Source of the DNA: Octopus sinensis
Taxonomy: Eukaryota
Direction of reading: 5' to 3'
Assembly (NCBI RefSeq): GCF_006345805.1
Contig: NC_043020.1
Coordinates: 24,366,001 to 24,430,000, forward strand
Length of the DNA stretch: 64,000 nucleotides
Numbering within the stretch: position 1 is the stretch's first letter; each line of letters begins with the position of its first letter. The position numbers and the translations under genes were made by a program. The notes beneath the pieces were generated by a model. It made no database searches. It was not told the origin of the DNA and saw only the letters and a list, made by a program, of their open reading frames with translations. Shown here piece after piece: positions 13,091 through 25,975 of the stretch.

Positions 13091-14107
13091 TGCATGCACA
13101 CACACATGTATGCACAATGTCCTCTACTCAAATTTCAATCTTATTTTATACACCATGATTTACAAGAAAAATCTACGCACACACACAAATATACACACAC
13201 GCACGAACCCATATACACGCTGATATATACACTGAGAGCCGCAAGTATAAACACACACGTACACAAATACAGACATACATACAAACATAATTTTCTACTA
13301 AAGTTTTAATTTTCATCACACGTATATTCAAACACATACACACACTTACGAACGCATACACATAAATTGCACATTTTCGCGCACACACCAACAAACACAT
13401 ATCAGCCAATTACACACACGTGTAAACAAACATACACACAGGTGTTCACACAGATACGTATCCTTTTCTTCTCGTATTTCATTCTTTATTTCACCAACAA
13501 AACCACAAAATGAAAAACAAATTTGAAACTATAAAACAACAAACACAGAGGAATAAACACACACAATCATCTCCCCCCCACACACACGCTTTTCTTTCCT
13601 TTCTTATTTTCTTTCAACTCGCAATTCATTCGAACCCTCACATCCCATACGACACTTCAGTACCTCGTCACATTATTTTTTCTCTTTTGCTATTTCTATA
13701 TAACAGAAGACGCTAAACAAAAGTCGTTTCCGTTTTCTTTCTCTTCGTTCTGCTTTTTTTTTTTCTCTCTCTCTACTCTGCTCTCTCCCTCTCTCTGTCT
13801 GATTTTATGCCATTCTGACTCTCTCACACACTGGCTGTCTCTCTTCCTATCTCACCCTCTGATACAGATTCTATATACTCTCTCTCTCTCTCTCTCTCTT
13901 TTTCCCCATCTCTCTCTCACCGTCTCTATCTTCCTCTCTCCGTCTCTCTCTTTCATTTTCGGTCTTTTTGAATTCCCGAATCTTTTGTCCGCCATTTTGT
14001 TTCATAGAAAATTCATTTCTTTTTAACCATTGTCTCATGGAATTTGTATCCGTAAAAGAAATAACACATACCGAGTTAAACACACAACAACAACAACACG
14101 TATGTGT

Positions 14108-14146
<39 letters not shown>

Positions 14147-15221
14147 CGAGTGTGCTTATTTATATAAATATATACATGCATGTACGTACATATATATTTA
14201 AACACACACATATATATATATATATATGGGTAGTTTCAGTTTCCCTACTTCATCCTCATTTTAATATCCGTTTCATTTTTGATGCTCTTGTTTTATTGCA
14301 GTGGTAGTTGTTGTTGTTTTCGTTACTGTTGCATTGCTATTTTGCTGTTACAGTTTAAGTTGTTGCCTTTTATGTCGTTGTCATCGCAGACGTCATTATA
14401 GTCGTCCTTGTTGTTGTTCTTGTAGTTGTTGTTATTAATGTCACGTAGCTGTTGTTGTTGTTGTTGTTGTTGTTATTGCTGCTGTAGTTGCGGTTGTTGT
14501 TGTTGTTGCTGTTAAAATTTTATGATATTTTTCGTTCCCTCTTCTTGATGCCACTGTCGCTCTTTAATGTTTTATGGAGCCATGTTGTGTGTGTTTAATA
14601 CGGTTTTCTGAAGAACTCGTTCCTTACATGTATCTTTACAAAAAGTTATATTTGTCATTTTTTTTCTATTTTTCAACCTCCTCTCCACAAAGACATACAC
14701 ACCACACACAAAGACATACACACAAGCACGAAAAAACACTAATTCACAAAATTCCACCCACCGTCTATAAACACAAGCTTAAGTACAAACAGACACGTAC
14801 ATACACATATATAGAAAACCCATATGACCAGCTTTAAAAAAACACCAAATATTCTAACAAAAAAATTGTAATAAAAAATAGGAAGTAATTTTGAGACAAA
14901 AATACGAAAATAAAAATACTAGGAAAAATCTATATATAAAAGTATATTTCTAAAAAACACACCAAGAAAAAGAAAACATATGTAGAAATTCATACAAAAA
15001 CATGTATTGAAATTGGCTTTCTGGATTCTTTATTTATGTATTTCGTGGACTGTATTTTTATAATGACTTTTTTTATTCACATTTTGTTGTGGTTATTTTT
15101 TCGATGTTGGTAATATAGATGTTTTAAATACATATATTATTTAGTTGTAGTTATGCATGTACATAGATGTGTATGTGTGCGTGCAAGCGTGTGCATGTGG
15201 TATACATGCATGCATCATGTG

Positions 15222-15259
<38 letters not shown>

Positions 15260-15470
15260 TGTATTATGTATGTATTTCTACATAATATCCACTATCAGGA
15301 ATTTTTTTGTTGATATTAGTACTCCTGTACTAATAGTTCAAATATCTAAAATATCTATTTCTCCGTGTATGTGTGTACTTTTAATTCTCTCTCTCTCTCT
15401 TTTCTCTCACACACACTCACACAGACATATAGATTATATATTCACACATTAGAAACATGTGTTGCTATAT

Positions 15471-15571
15471 ATATGCATATATATGCATATATATGCATAT
15501 ATATGCATATATATGCATATATATGCATATATATGCATATATATGCATATATATGCATATATATGCATATA

Positions 15572-15580
<9 letters not shown>
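15471..15580. repeat. (ATATGCATAT)x11 palindromic decamer minisatellite
   Basis: Eleven exact tandem copies; the unit equals its own reverse complement. Confidence 0.97.
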
Positions 15581-15602
<22 letters not shown>

Positions 15603-15659
15603 ACGTTTACATATATATACATGTACATATATATATATATATAAGAATGAATGTTTTTA

Positions 15660-15800
15660 TATATAATGAACGTGAAATACAGGAAGGGACGAACACGGAA
15701 CACAGACAAATCATTCGAAGCCTTCAATCTTCAGTCAGACACCGAATCATCATAGCAAATTTCGGCTGTTCAATTCTGATATTTGCTCCAACTCGGCCAT
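15660..15800 (-). repeat. Second copy of the 7.3-7.6 kb dispersed repeat
   Basis: CATTCGAAGCCTTCAATCTTCAGTCA...GCAAATTTCGGCTG is complementary to 7510-7570. Confidence 0.75.
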
Positions 15801-15819
15801 ATATATATATGTACATTAT

Positions 15820-15883
<64 letters not shown>

Positions 15884-16059
15884 ACAAAGTAAGAAAATAA
15901 AGATAAATCAATAATTATATTTATTAATTAGAAAAATAGACATAAATCCCTGACAGCCGTTTCGATTCAGACTTTAAAGATTAATTAACATAATTAACTC
16001 ATTATAAATTCGAATATAGTCATATATATATATATACATACTTACATACATATATATAA

Positions 16060-16190
16060 GACGAGGCTGTTTCAGTTTCCGTCTACTAAATTTATTCACC
16101 TGTGAGACTGACCACTGCCACGCAGTGAAACTGAACACGGAACCATGTGGTCTGTAAGCATGTTTCTTACCACACAGCCACACCTATGCC
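16060..16190 (-). mobile_element. SINE family A, 5' part with internal deletion
   Basis: TTTCAGTTTCCGTCTAC...GCCACGCAGTG..ACTGAAC.CGGAACCATGTGG...CTTACCACACAGCCAC. Confidence 0.85.
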
Positions 16191-16204
16191 TGCCTATATA
16201 TATG

Positions 16205-16235
<31 letters not shown>

Positions 16236-17147
16236 CGCACACACACGTGCGCGCGCCTATTGTCAACTCCAGCCAATATCATTTGCATAAATATGAAGCT
16301 TGTTTGTGTTTATGTTCGCTTCTGCATAGAAACTTCTCTGCGTGTTTACATGTGAGTCGGAGTCCGATTTTGTGTTGTTTTCGATTTAAAATTGGGGCAA
16401 ATATGTGCTATTTTATTGTACACATACACACACACACACTTATATATATATATATATATATACATAAATATATACACAATGCTTGCATAGCACACACTTG
16501 CATTTAAACAACACTACGTATGTAGAACCATAGAATATACTAACAATATACGTACAGATGCGGGAGGGTAATAAATATTACTTTATTAATATATCGTCAA
16601 TTGTTCAAAAAGAGTTTACACATGCACAGACACAAACACACACACATACACACACACACACATACACACACACACACACACATACATGTACATAATAATA
16701 ATAGCGATAATGCATAATGGACTTGTAGATGTAGACGAGATAATAAGACTAACGCATTTCTCTCTTGTTCTCTCTCTCTCTCGCTCTCTATCTCTCGCTC
16801 TCTCTCTCTCTCACGCTCGCTCTCTCTCATGCATATACACACATACCTACATACACGCACACATGCACACACACTTTCGTATAATTTTACTTTCATCTAT
16901 ACGTACTCATTTACATTCGATTTATTGATGTGCAGATATCGATACATATGAATTTGTGCAAATTGAATGTGTGCGTATAATGCTTCTGAGTATTTGTGTG
17001 TGTGTGTGTGTGAGGGAGGGAGGGGCATGTGTGGGAAGGTTGTAATGGTGGTTGTGTTTCCGAATGGGAAGGGAAGGAAAATTAATTTCAAGCTTGTTCT
17101 CATTTTACGTTTCGTCTTCCATATGTGTGTAAACATACATATACACA

Positions 17148-17210
17148 TGGCGGTGCCCCAGCATGGCCACAGCTCATAAGCTGAAACTAGAATCAATCAA
17201 TCAATCAATC
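17148..17210 (+). mobile_element. Tail-only (extremely 5'-truncated) CR1-group LINE insertion
   Basis: ATGGCGGTGCCCCAGCATGGCCACAGCTCATAAGCTGAAACTAG followed by (AATC)n; nearly identical to the LINE 3' end at 19994-20040. Confidence 0.85.
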
Positions 17211-17298
17211 ACATATATATGCATATACATACATATATTCATACATACATATATATATATATATGCATATACATACATATATTCATACATACATATAT

Positions 17299-17335
<37 letters not shown>

Positions 17336-17354
17336 GCATATACATACATATATT

Positions 17355-17396
<42 letters not shown>

Positions 17397-17612
17397 TATA
17401 TATACATACATATATATATATAGATATATATATACATATATATATTATATATATATATGTATGTATATATACATACATATATATACATATATATGTATAT
17501 ATAAATATATATATATATGCATATATATATATTATATATATATATAATAGGCATATACATATATATATATATACACATACACATTCATATATATACATAC
17601 ATATACACATAC

Positions 17613-17665
<53 letters not shown>

Positions 17666-17689
17666 ATATATACATATGCACATACACAC

Positions 17690-20045
17690 ATGGTAGAACT
17701 GACCATGTACGGGCCAAAGGAAAGCGTAGACATGCAGCCTACAAGAAACTCTCAGAATCTTTCCAACTTGAACTTCCATAAGGCAAACTGGAAACAAATT
17801 GAGAAAGAGATCCTCAAACAAAACTGGCCTGGATGTCTCTCGTCGCCAGACATCGACATGAAACTTCAACAATTCATGTGTATAATGCAAGCCATATGCT
17901 ACAAATGTGTCCCAGAGACAAAGGCCAATGTACACGAGAACAAAATCCCCAGGGAGAGGAAAATTCTAATGAGACGGCGTACAAAAGTTTCAAATCACCT
18001 AAACAAATAAATTGAAAGCAGTGAAAAGTCCCGCCTGAAAATAAAACTGTTGGAAATTGAAAAATGTCTGCAACTCCCCCATGAAAAAGAAAGAGCAGAC
18101 AAAGAAACCTGGGCTATAGACAAAATAAAATCTAACCCCAGAGCTTTCTACAGGTATGCCAAAGAAACAACTACGGTGCACTGTAGGATAGGGCCACTCC
18201 TTGAAAAGGATGGCACACTCACAGGAAATCCAATGAGGATAAGTGAAATACTAAATGAGCTATTCAAGAGTATTTTCACTCCACCCCTAGAGCATTTTCA
18301 AGTCAGCTATCCAACTGACTTCTTTACCACTGCAGATATAAAATCAGAGGCAACGATGATTGATTACATCAATATAAAGGAAGACGATGTAATAAAGGCT
18401 ATAGATGAAATGAACCCAAACTCAGCTACTGGCCCCGATGGATTCCCAGCAATCCTTCTAAAAGTATGTAAGAGAGTCCTAGCAAGACCACTGCAGTTCC
18501 TCTTTCAGAGCTTTCTTGCAACTGGCAAACTTCCAAGAAAACTGAAGGAAGGTAAAATATGCCCTATTCATAAAGGAGGTAGCAGAGCGGAGGCCAAGAG
18601 CTACAGACCTATCTCTCTGACCTCACACATCAGCAAGGTCATGGAACGAATAGTCAGAAGGAAACTAATCACCTTCCTTGAAGAATTTGACATGCTGCCT
18701 GACACCCAATATGGTTTCCGACCAGGAAGAAGCTGCCTAACTCAGCTTCAACAACACTATGACTGGGTGCTGAAACGACTGCTCAACCACTCAAATGTGG
18801 AAGTCATATATCTCGATTTTGCAAAGGCCTTTGATAAAGTCGATCATGGAATGTTATGTCACAAACTGCGTGATCTTGGCATAGTTGGAAAATTGGGAGA
18901 ATGGCTTCATGACTTTCTGAAGGATAGAAGCCAGGTGGTAGTAGCCATTAACACGCAAATAGTGAACGGTGTTCCGCAAGGCACTGTTTTGGGACCACTG
19001 CTGTTCATAATGGCCCTCTCAGACATGCCCTCAGCCACGCAGAAAGCCACGATCACAAGTTATGCAGATGATACAAAAGTTTCACAGGCAATACAGAACC
19101 CTGAAGACACTAAGCACCTGCAATGTGAGCTGGACAAAATATACAAGTGGGCTGAAAAGAATAGCATGCAGTTCAATGCTGAAAAGTTTTAAGCTTTATG
19201 CCATCAGCACGCAAAACTGAATGCAATACCCAATGAGTACACTGGACCTGGAGGGATTGCAATCCCAGAGGCACAATCAGTGGGTGACCTGCGTATTTAC
19301 ATGAGTGATGAGGCAACCTTTCATGTGAATGTTGCTAAATTGGCAATGAAATGTAGGCGGCTGACCGGATGGATTCTTAGAACCTTAAGAACAAGAGACC
19401 AGGAAACCATGATGGTCCTCTGGAGGACACTTGTCCTAAGCCATTTTGACTATTGCTCTCAGCTATGGTCACCATCCAGTGTCAAGTTAATCACAGAACT
19501 TGAGGCGATCCAACGAAGCTACACGAAGAAGATAGCCTCTGTGCTGCATATAAGCTACTGGGAAAGACTCAAGAGATTAAGACTCTATTCCTTAGAGCGT
19601 AAGCGAGACAGATATGCCATAATATACATCTGGAAGATCCTAGGACTTGTCCCAAACTTTGGCATCGCGTGTTACACAAATACTAGAACTGTGCGCCACT
19701 GCATAGTGCCAAGGACTCCAAATTTGCCATCAAGATGTAGGACAAGATACTGTGATAGCCTGGGCTTCAGAGACCCACAGCTCTTCAATATCCTCCCCAA
19801 AAACCTGAGAGACCGGCATGGGGTGGATGCAGATGTCTTTAAAATAAAACTGGATCTCTTCCTGTCAGGTGTCCCAGATGAACCAACTTCTCGACAGGAG
19901 GTGCAGATGAGGGCAGCTGCATCGAACTCTCTCATGCACCAAATGGCAATTGCTAAAAAGTATTCGTGAAGTAAAATTATGTAGCAACACCAAATGGCGG
20001 TGCCCCAGCATGGCCACAGCTCGTGAGCTGAATCTAGATAAAATA
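17690..20045 (+). mobile_element. 5'-truncated CR1/L2-group non-LTR retrotransposon; RT-containing ORF2 pseudogene plus 3' UTR
   Basis: ORFs 17690-18010, 18050-19192 and 19280-19969 share one frame, broken by two TAA codons. RT motifs YRPISLTSHISKVMERI, QYGFRPGRSC, YLDFAKAFDKVDH, GVPQGTVLGPLLF, YADDTK, MQFNAEK; C-terminal DYCSQLWSP and LYSLER. No endonuclease domain or ORF1. Confidence 0.95.
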
Positions 20046-20049
20046 AAAA

Positions 20050-20490
20050 TATATATAATATATATATATACACATATATACATACACATATACACACATA
20101 TATATACATATATACACATACATATATACACATATATATATACATATATACACATACATATATACATACATATATACATACATATATACATACACATACA
20201 CATAAAACATATATACATACATATATATACATATATACATACACATATACACATACATATATATATATATACATACATATAAATATATACTTATATATAT
20301 ACATATTTATACAGATATATACGCACACACATATATATACATACATATATACATACACACACATATATATAAAGACACATATATACATACACACACACAT
20401 ATATATAAAGACACATATATACACACACGTATATATACACACAGATATGCATATATATATATATATATATAATATATATATATACATATA
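20050..20490. repeat. (TA)/(TACA) compound microsatellite downstream of the LINE
   Basis: Direct reading. Confidence 0.95.
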
Positions 20491-20493
20491 TGC

Positions 20494-20687
20494 TTGTTTC
20501 AGTCATCAGACTGCGGCCAGTCAAGCAAAGGGAACCGAGCACATAAGTTTTTTTAAAATTTAAGCCTGCTAATTATTGTATGGTTGTCTTTTACCAAACT
20601 GCGAAGTTACGGGCACGTATACAAACCAGCACCGGTTGATAAACTGTGGTGCTTGACAAGCATACGCGTGGACATGTTTATATGTGT

Positions 20688-20724
<37 letters not shown>

Positions 20725-20858
20725 ACCGCGAAAGGATTCTTTCTGGTTGGATCTACGAAACTCATCAGGCATTTTGTCTGCCCGAATCCTTAGTAGAATA
20801 CACGCAGCAGGACCGAACACGGAACCATTTTGCGGGAAGTAAACTTTTGACCACACAC
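20494..20858 (-). mobile_element. SINE family A, degenerate
   Basis: CTTGTTTCAGTCATCAGACTGCGGCCA tail, AAGTTACGGGCACGTA.ACAAACCAGCACCGGTTG body and GAACACGGAACCAT B-box region. Confidence 0.75.
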
Positions 20859-21489
20859 ACACATATACACACTATGAATATAACTCGGTACTTTTATGCA
20901 AAAGTGTCGTAAGTTCAAAATGTTGCTCTTACAGAAAATAAGTTCCACCAATCCATTTCATTTTACATCAGCAACAGTTTCAGCTTAACAATAATACTTT
21001 GTCAGGTGCATAAAATCGTAACCCCATGCATGTATGATATTTTCAATCAGAAATATTTTTGCAAAACTGTCATATGTGGGACTTACTACACTTTTGAAAC
21101 ATACTAAACCGTTCTACTACACTTTGATAATTTTCATCTGAAGCGATTGGAGATACGATAGTTTGACCAAAAGAACCAGCTATTGCAAGCAAAATTAAAT
21201 ATTGAAAACAACAAACGTATTTGACCAAATATGGACATACGACAGTTTAACATAATAGCAACGATATGTACAAATACATGCATATTGTGTTCATGTGGCG
21301 ATGCTAAGATGCGACAGAGCAAGAGTGAGCTGAATGAGGCTGACTGAAAAGTGAGACGTTGTAACGAAGGCCATAGAATCGTGAAGTAGGAGACGTGAAG
21401 TTTGAAACGACCGTAAGTAGAAGCAGGAAATACAACTGGAACGCAACAGGTTTCTTGGATTTTGTATCTGCGACTTAATGGGTATTTAA

Positions 21490-21702
21490 CCCATTAAGTC
21501 CCAGAGTACTTAAATTTCTGAGTATTACTTTTAAATGATTGAAAATAAGTTAAAATGAAAAAAATAATTATTAAAACTCCTTTACTTTAAGTAGAAATGG
21601 AAATACACAGTGTTCTAGAAATAGGACACTGAGACAATGTGATAAAACTTATTTAATGTTCTCATTTAATGTCCTATTTACAGGACAGTGGGACTTAATG
21701 GG
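21490..21702. mobile_element. piggyBac-type MITE, 213 bp
   Basis: Perfect 14-bp TIRs CCCATTAAGTCCCA / TGGGACTTAATGGG flanked by TTAA (21486-21489, 21703-21706). CCC...GGG ends with a TTAA duplication are piggyBac hallmarks. Confidence 0.9.
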
Positions 21703-21889
21703 TTAAGTTACCGCTCAGGGCAAATGCCGTTCAAAAGCTTTACAGCTTTTAACACTGTGCCCTCTTCTCAGGCATAGTATATCAAGGAGTGCATTACTGA
21801 ACGTGTCATGCGTTTGGTTTTTTATTTAAAGATAGCGAAACCTGTATGAATATTCATCGAACCACATAGATTTGTTTGTGTGCATATCT

Positions 21890-22145
21890 GCTGCAATTCA
21901 TGGTTTCAATTCTTAGACCGGGTGTTATGTTGTATTCTTGAGCAAAACACTTCATCTCACGTTGCTGTGTGATCATTTCGACGCCCGACGCATGGTACAC
22001 CGTGAACCTGTTCACAAAACGTCGATTTGATGGAGAGACTGAGCTAATGAACCGTACATACATTTCATTTCTAAAAACAAATTATTTGTGCAGATCATTC
22101 GGCAAAAGCTGAACGCTCATACAACGTCTCCGGCGGAAGAGTCCA
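21890..22145 (+). mobile_element. SINE family D, degenerate tRNA-derived element
   Basis: B-box-like GGTTTCAATTC followed by TTGAGCAAAACACTT, typical of the segment after a SINE tRNA head. Confidence 0.5.
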
Positions 22146-22581
22146 TTATATATAAATGAGAGGGAAAGAGAGAAACAGATATATATGTGTGTGTGTGTTT
22201 TCAGATCTGTCGATCTATGTGCAAGTGTGTATGGCTATACATGCATTTCTATCTATGAAGATATGTTGGTGTGTGTACTCCTGTTAGCTTCATTCGTGAG
22301 TATTTCATCAACGCTGGAATCGTAACTCAGTAGGGAAACTGTAAAAGGTGAGAGTTATGCCAAAATATTCCAATGCTGCTGTTTCTCTACTTCAACAAGT
22401 ATCGTTCAATGGAGGGAGAATAAGAAACATTTATCGAAGTGGCGTGCTGACCCAAACCGAACTTTTGAGGTGGTAGACTTCGCTGTTTAAAACCTGTTGC
22501 ATGTACATGTTGCCGTCATTTACTAAGGAGACTGAAATATCAATCGAAACACCGCGTGGATTCTACAGGGAACTAATATTG

Positions 22582-22612
<31 letters not shown>

Positions 22613-22649
22613 ATGTACTTATATATATGTACGTATATATATTTGTGTG

Positions 22650-22682
<33 letters not shown>

Positions 22683-23330
22683 ATGTCAATATTTGTACAT
22701 TTTGATATCGTCTGCATTTATATATACTTAGGTTCATATTGCATTATATTTTTGGACTCTATTTTAGGTTGTTTAGCACTCTTCTATTACATATAGCTAT
22801 AGCGAAACACATGGAGAATATATAGATGTACATGGACATAAATACCGGTACACACATGGACGCAGCACATTCAGACATATATACACACACACATATATAT
22901 ATACATATACACACGGACATTTGTGCATGTATGTATAAATATATGTATTATATATACACGTACACATAAGTATGTTATGCGTGTGCGTACATACATACAC
23001 ACACACACAAAAACATATATATATATATATACTCATATATACAACTACACATAATACAAATTCACTGACAAAAACAAACTTGTTTAAGGGTACTACTAGA
23101 GATATATAACATCAAAGTGTGAACAATCGCCGTCTTACATGCAGTATAATAAGCACCAAGCGGAGGTGAGTTATATTAGAAAAACAAATTTCAGAATTCT
23201 AGTCACTTAAAGAGACTGCGTGTGTGAAGAATCGAACCCGCAATCATCAAAGTCTACTCGAAATCCATAAAGCTACAGAATGCATGAATATGAATGAGGC
23301 TGTGTGTGGATGTGAATGTTTATGCGTTTG

Positions 23331-23387
<57 letters not shown>

Positions 23388-24852
23388 GCGTGTGTATGTG
23401 TGTGTATAAATATATGTATATGTGTACATATATGAATATATATATACATACAAGTATGTGTATATATATATATATATATATATGTATGTTCCTATTTTCT
23501 CCTCTGTTCTCAGCACATCTATTGGCCTCTCGATGCGCCAGCCTGGAGCGTTTGTCGTGTAGGTTTTCCCCCTTCTTCCCTTCTAAACCAATTATCCCAG
23601 TATACAGCTGTTGCTGCCGAGCAGGTGTGCACTTATTGTTGAAAAAGAAAAGATCCTCTTGTCTTTTGTAGTGCAGGAAACACATCAACTAACAACAGAT
23701 GCACAACATTTGAAAAAATCTATCTAAATATTGTTCAATGAAAAATAAGGAAAAATATGGCGGCGAAACAAAAGAATACACGAGAAAGGGACAATGAAAC
23801 GTTACATATAATTGTGCAGACGTTTATATGCAACTGTGCATGTTTTGTGTTATGAGTATTGCATTTCAGCAGAGACGCCTGCATGCCTTTGCAGTCTATC
23901 GGTTGTTTTTCTGTTGGTTTTTTTTTCCGTTTGGGGGTAGCTGCGTCTGCCTGTTTCTCCGTTTTGTGTGTTTCGAACTGTCTTTCTCTCCTTCTCTCTT
24001 TCTATTTTTCTTCTTGCCGGATTTTCTCCTTTGCTATTTGCTCGATCAGAAACCGTGCCTTTGTCTCTGTGTCTGACTGAGAATATTCGTATGGAGGTTG
24101 ACTGTGTGTATAGGCGAGTGTATGTGTGTGTATGAGTTTGTGTATATATGTGTGAGGGAGTGAGTTTAGATGTGACCTAAGTTTATTTTGTCTACTTGGC
24201 CCTTATTCTCTTTCAATGTTCACAGACCTGTGCTTGTCTGTATTAAGGAACCCATAGCCATAGGATTAAGTTATCTGCAAAATATTATATTCAGCAGGCA
24301 TAAGGTGAACGTTGCAAATATCAACACAGCAGCCTGTACATCACGCATAAATGCATACAATCACATTTGCCCGAACACACACATATATATGTGTGATACT
24401 GTCTTACCAGTTCAAAACTCTCCCTGATGAAGTATCAATCCCAAAACGTCATATTCAAATTTATTCAGATTTTATAGATTTAATTTAACATTTGCCGATG
24501 CTAAACATCGCTAATTGCGTTAGTATTTTTCAACGTTATCTGGTTTTAACATTGTCGCCATCTCACTCTCTGTAGCAGCAATTACAATACAGAAAAAAGA
24601 CAAACTGTCTCATTGTGTGTGTGTGTATGCGTGATCATGTGTGTGTGTGTGTTATTGTCTGTGTGGTTCAGTCTATGTTTGTTAACATATTGTCGTTTGT
24701 GTGTGGTACATTGTGTTTATATGAAGTTTTGTGAATCTGTTTGTGGGAGTGTGTCTACATTTATATTTGTGATTTATCTATCGCTGTACTTATATGTCTG
24801 TATGGAAATCTCTCACTCTCTCTCATATATACATATTACATACAGAAAACGC

Positions 24853-25212
24853 GGTACTCCGTCGGTTACGACGGCGAGGATTCCAGCTGATCCGATCTAT
24901 GGAACAGCCTGCTCGTGAAATTAACGTGCAAGTGGCCGAGCATTCCAAACACACGTGTACCCTTAAAGTAGTTCTTAGGGAGAATCAGCGTGACACAGAG
25001 TGAAATACAGGTACAACAGAAACGGGAAGAAAGAGTGAGAGAAAGTTGTGGTGAAAGAGTACAGCAGGGTTCGCCACCAGCCCCTCCTGGAGCATCGTGG
25101 AGCTTTAGGTGTTTTCGCTCGATAAGTAACTCACGAAGCTTGGTCTAGGAAATGAAACCGCGATTCTACAAACGCGAGTCTGCTGCCCTAACCACTGGGC
25201 CATTGCGCCCCC
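24853..25212 (-). mobile_element. SINE family B, full length
   Basis: Collinear with 3557-3945 (GCCTGCTCGTGAAATTA, GTGAGAGAAAG.TGTG, GCTGCCCTAACCACTGGGCCATTGC). Confidence 0.9.
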
Positions 25213-25639
25213 ACATACATGCACAAGAATTCTGTCAAACACGCCCAATCTATCGGTTTGTCTGTCCGTCTGTTTTCCTCTTCCGTTTACTTCTGCCTGT
25301 CTATCTTTGTGGATAAGTCTGCATCGGAGTATATATACGTATGTGGCATTTTGCGATGTGTACATGTAAAGGGGTTTTAACTTATCTGTATTTTTTTATG
25401 TATCGGTGCACCCATCAATCTGTCTATGGCAATTCCTTTGTATTCCCTAACAACCAAAATCTAAAAAATTACACTCAACAAGCACACAAACAAAGAAATA
25501 AAAAAACCCAGTCAAAACACAAAACAACCACATCCAAGTCACAATCACAAATATAGGTGTAGATTAATCACTGACGAACGGCACCTTGCGATGACAAGAC
25601 TCCACTTAACTCGCAATCTTTTGAAGAATACATTCCACT

Positions 25640-25666
25640 CTCACTGCTGCTGCTGCTGTTTTTTTG

Positions 25667-25718
<52 letters not shown>

Positions 25719-25763
25719 CACGATTTTATTATTAGTAGTAGTATAGTAGTAAATAAAGAAAAC

Positions 25764-25812
<49 letters not shown>

Positions 25813-25975
25813 TTATTATTTAACAATATGTCTTCGTCTTCTCTGAAAGACAAAAATTATCAGAATGACTATACTATAACCACCACCACTGCCGCCGCTA
25901 CTATCAGCAGCAGCAACACCACCACCACCAACACCAACAACAACAACAACATCAACACCATCACCACCACCTCCA
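25640..25975. repeat. Trinucleotide low-complexity cluster (ATT, CTG, CAC, CAA)
   Basis: Direct reading. Confidence 0.9.

Noticed and set aside
19672-20487. 271-aa minus-strand ORF, and the ORFs antisense to the 57-kb LINE
   Set aside because: Microsatellite translation plus antisense shadow of LINE coding sequence.
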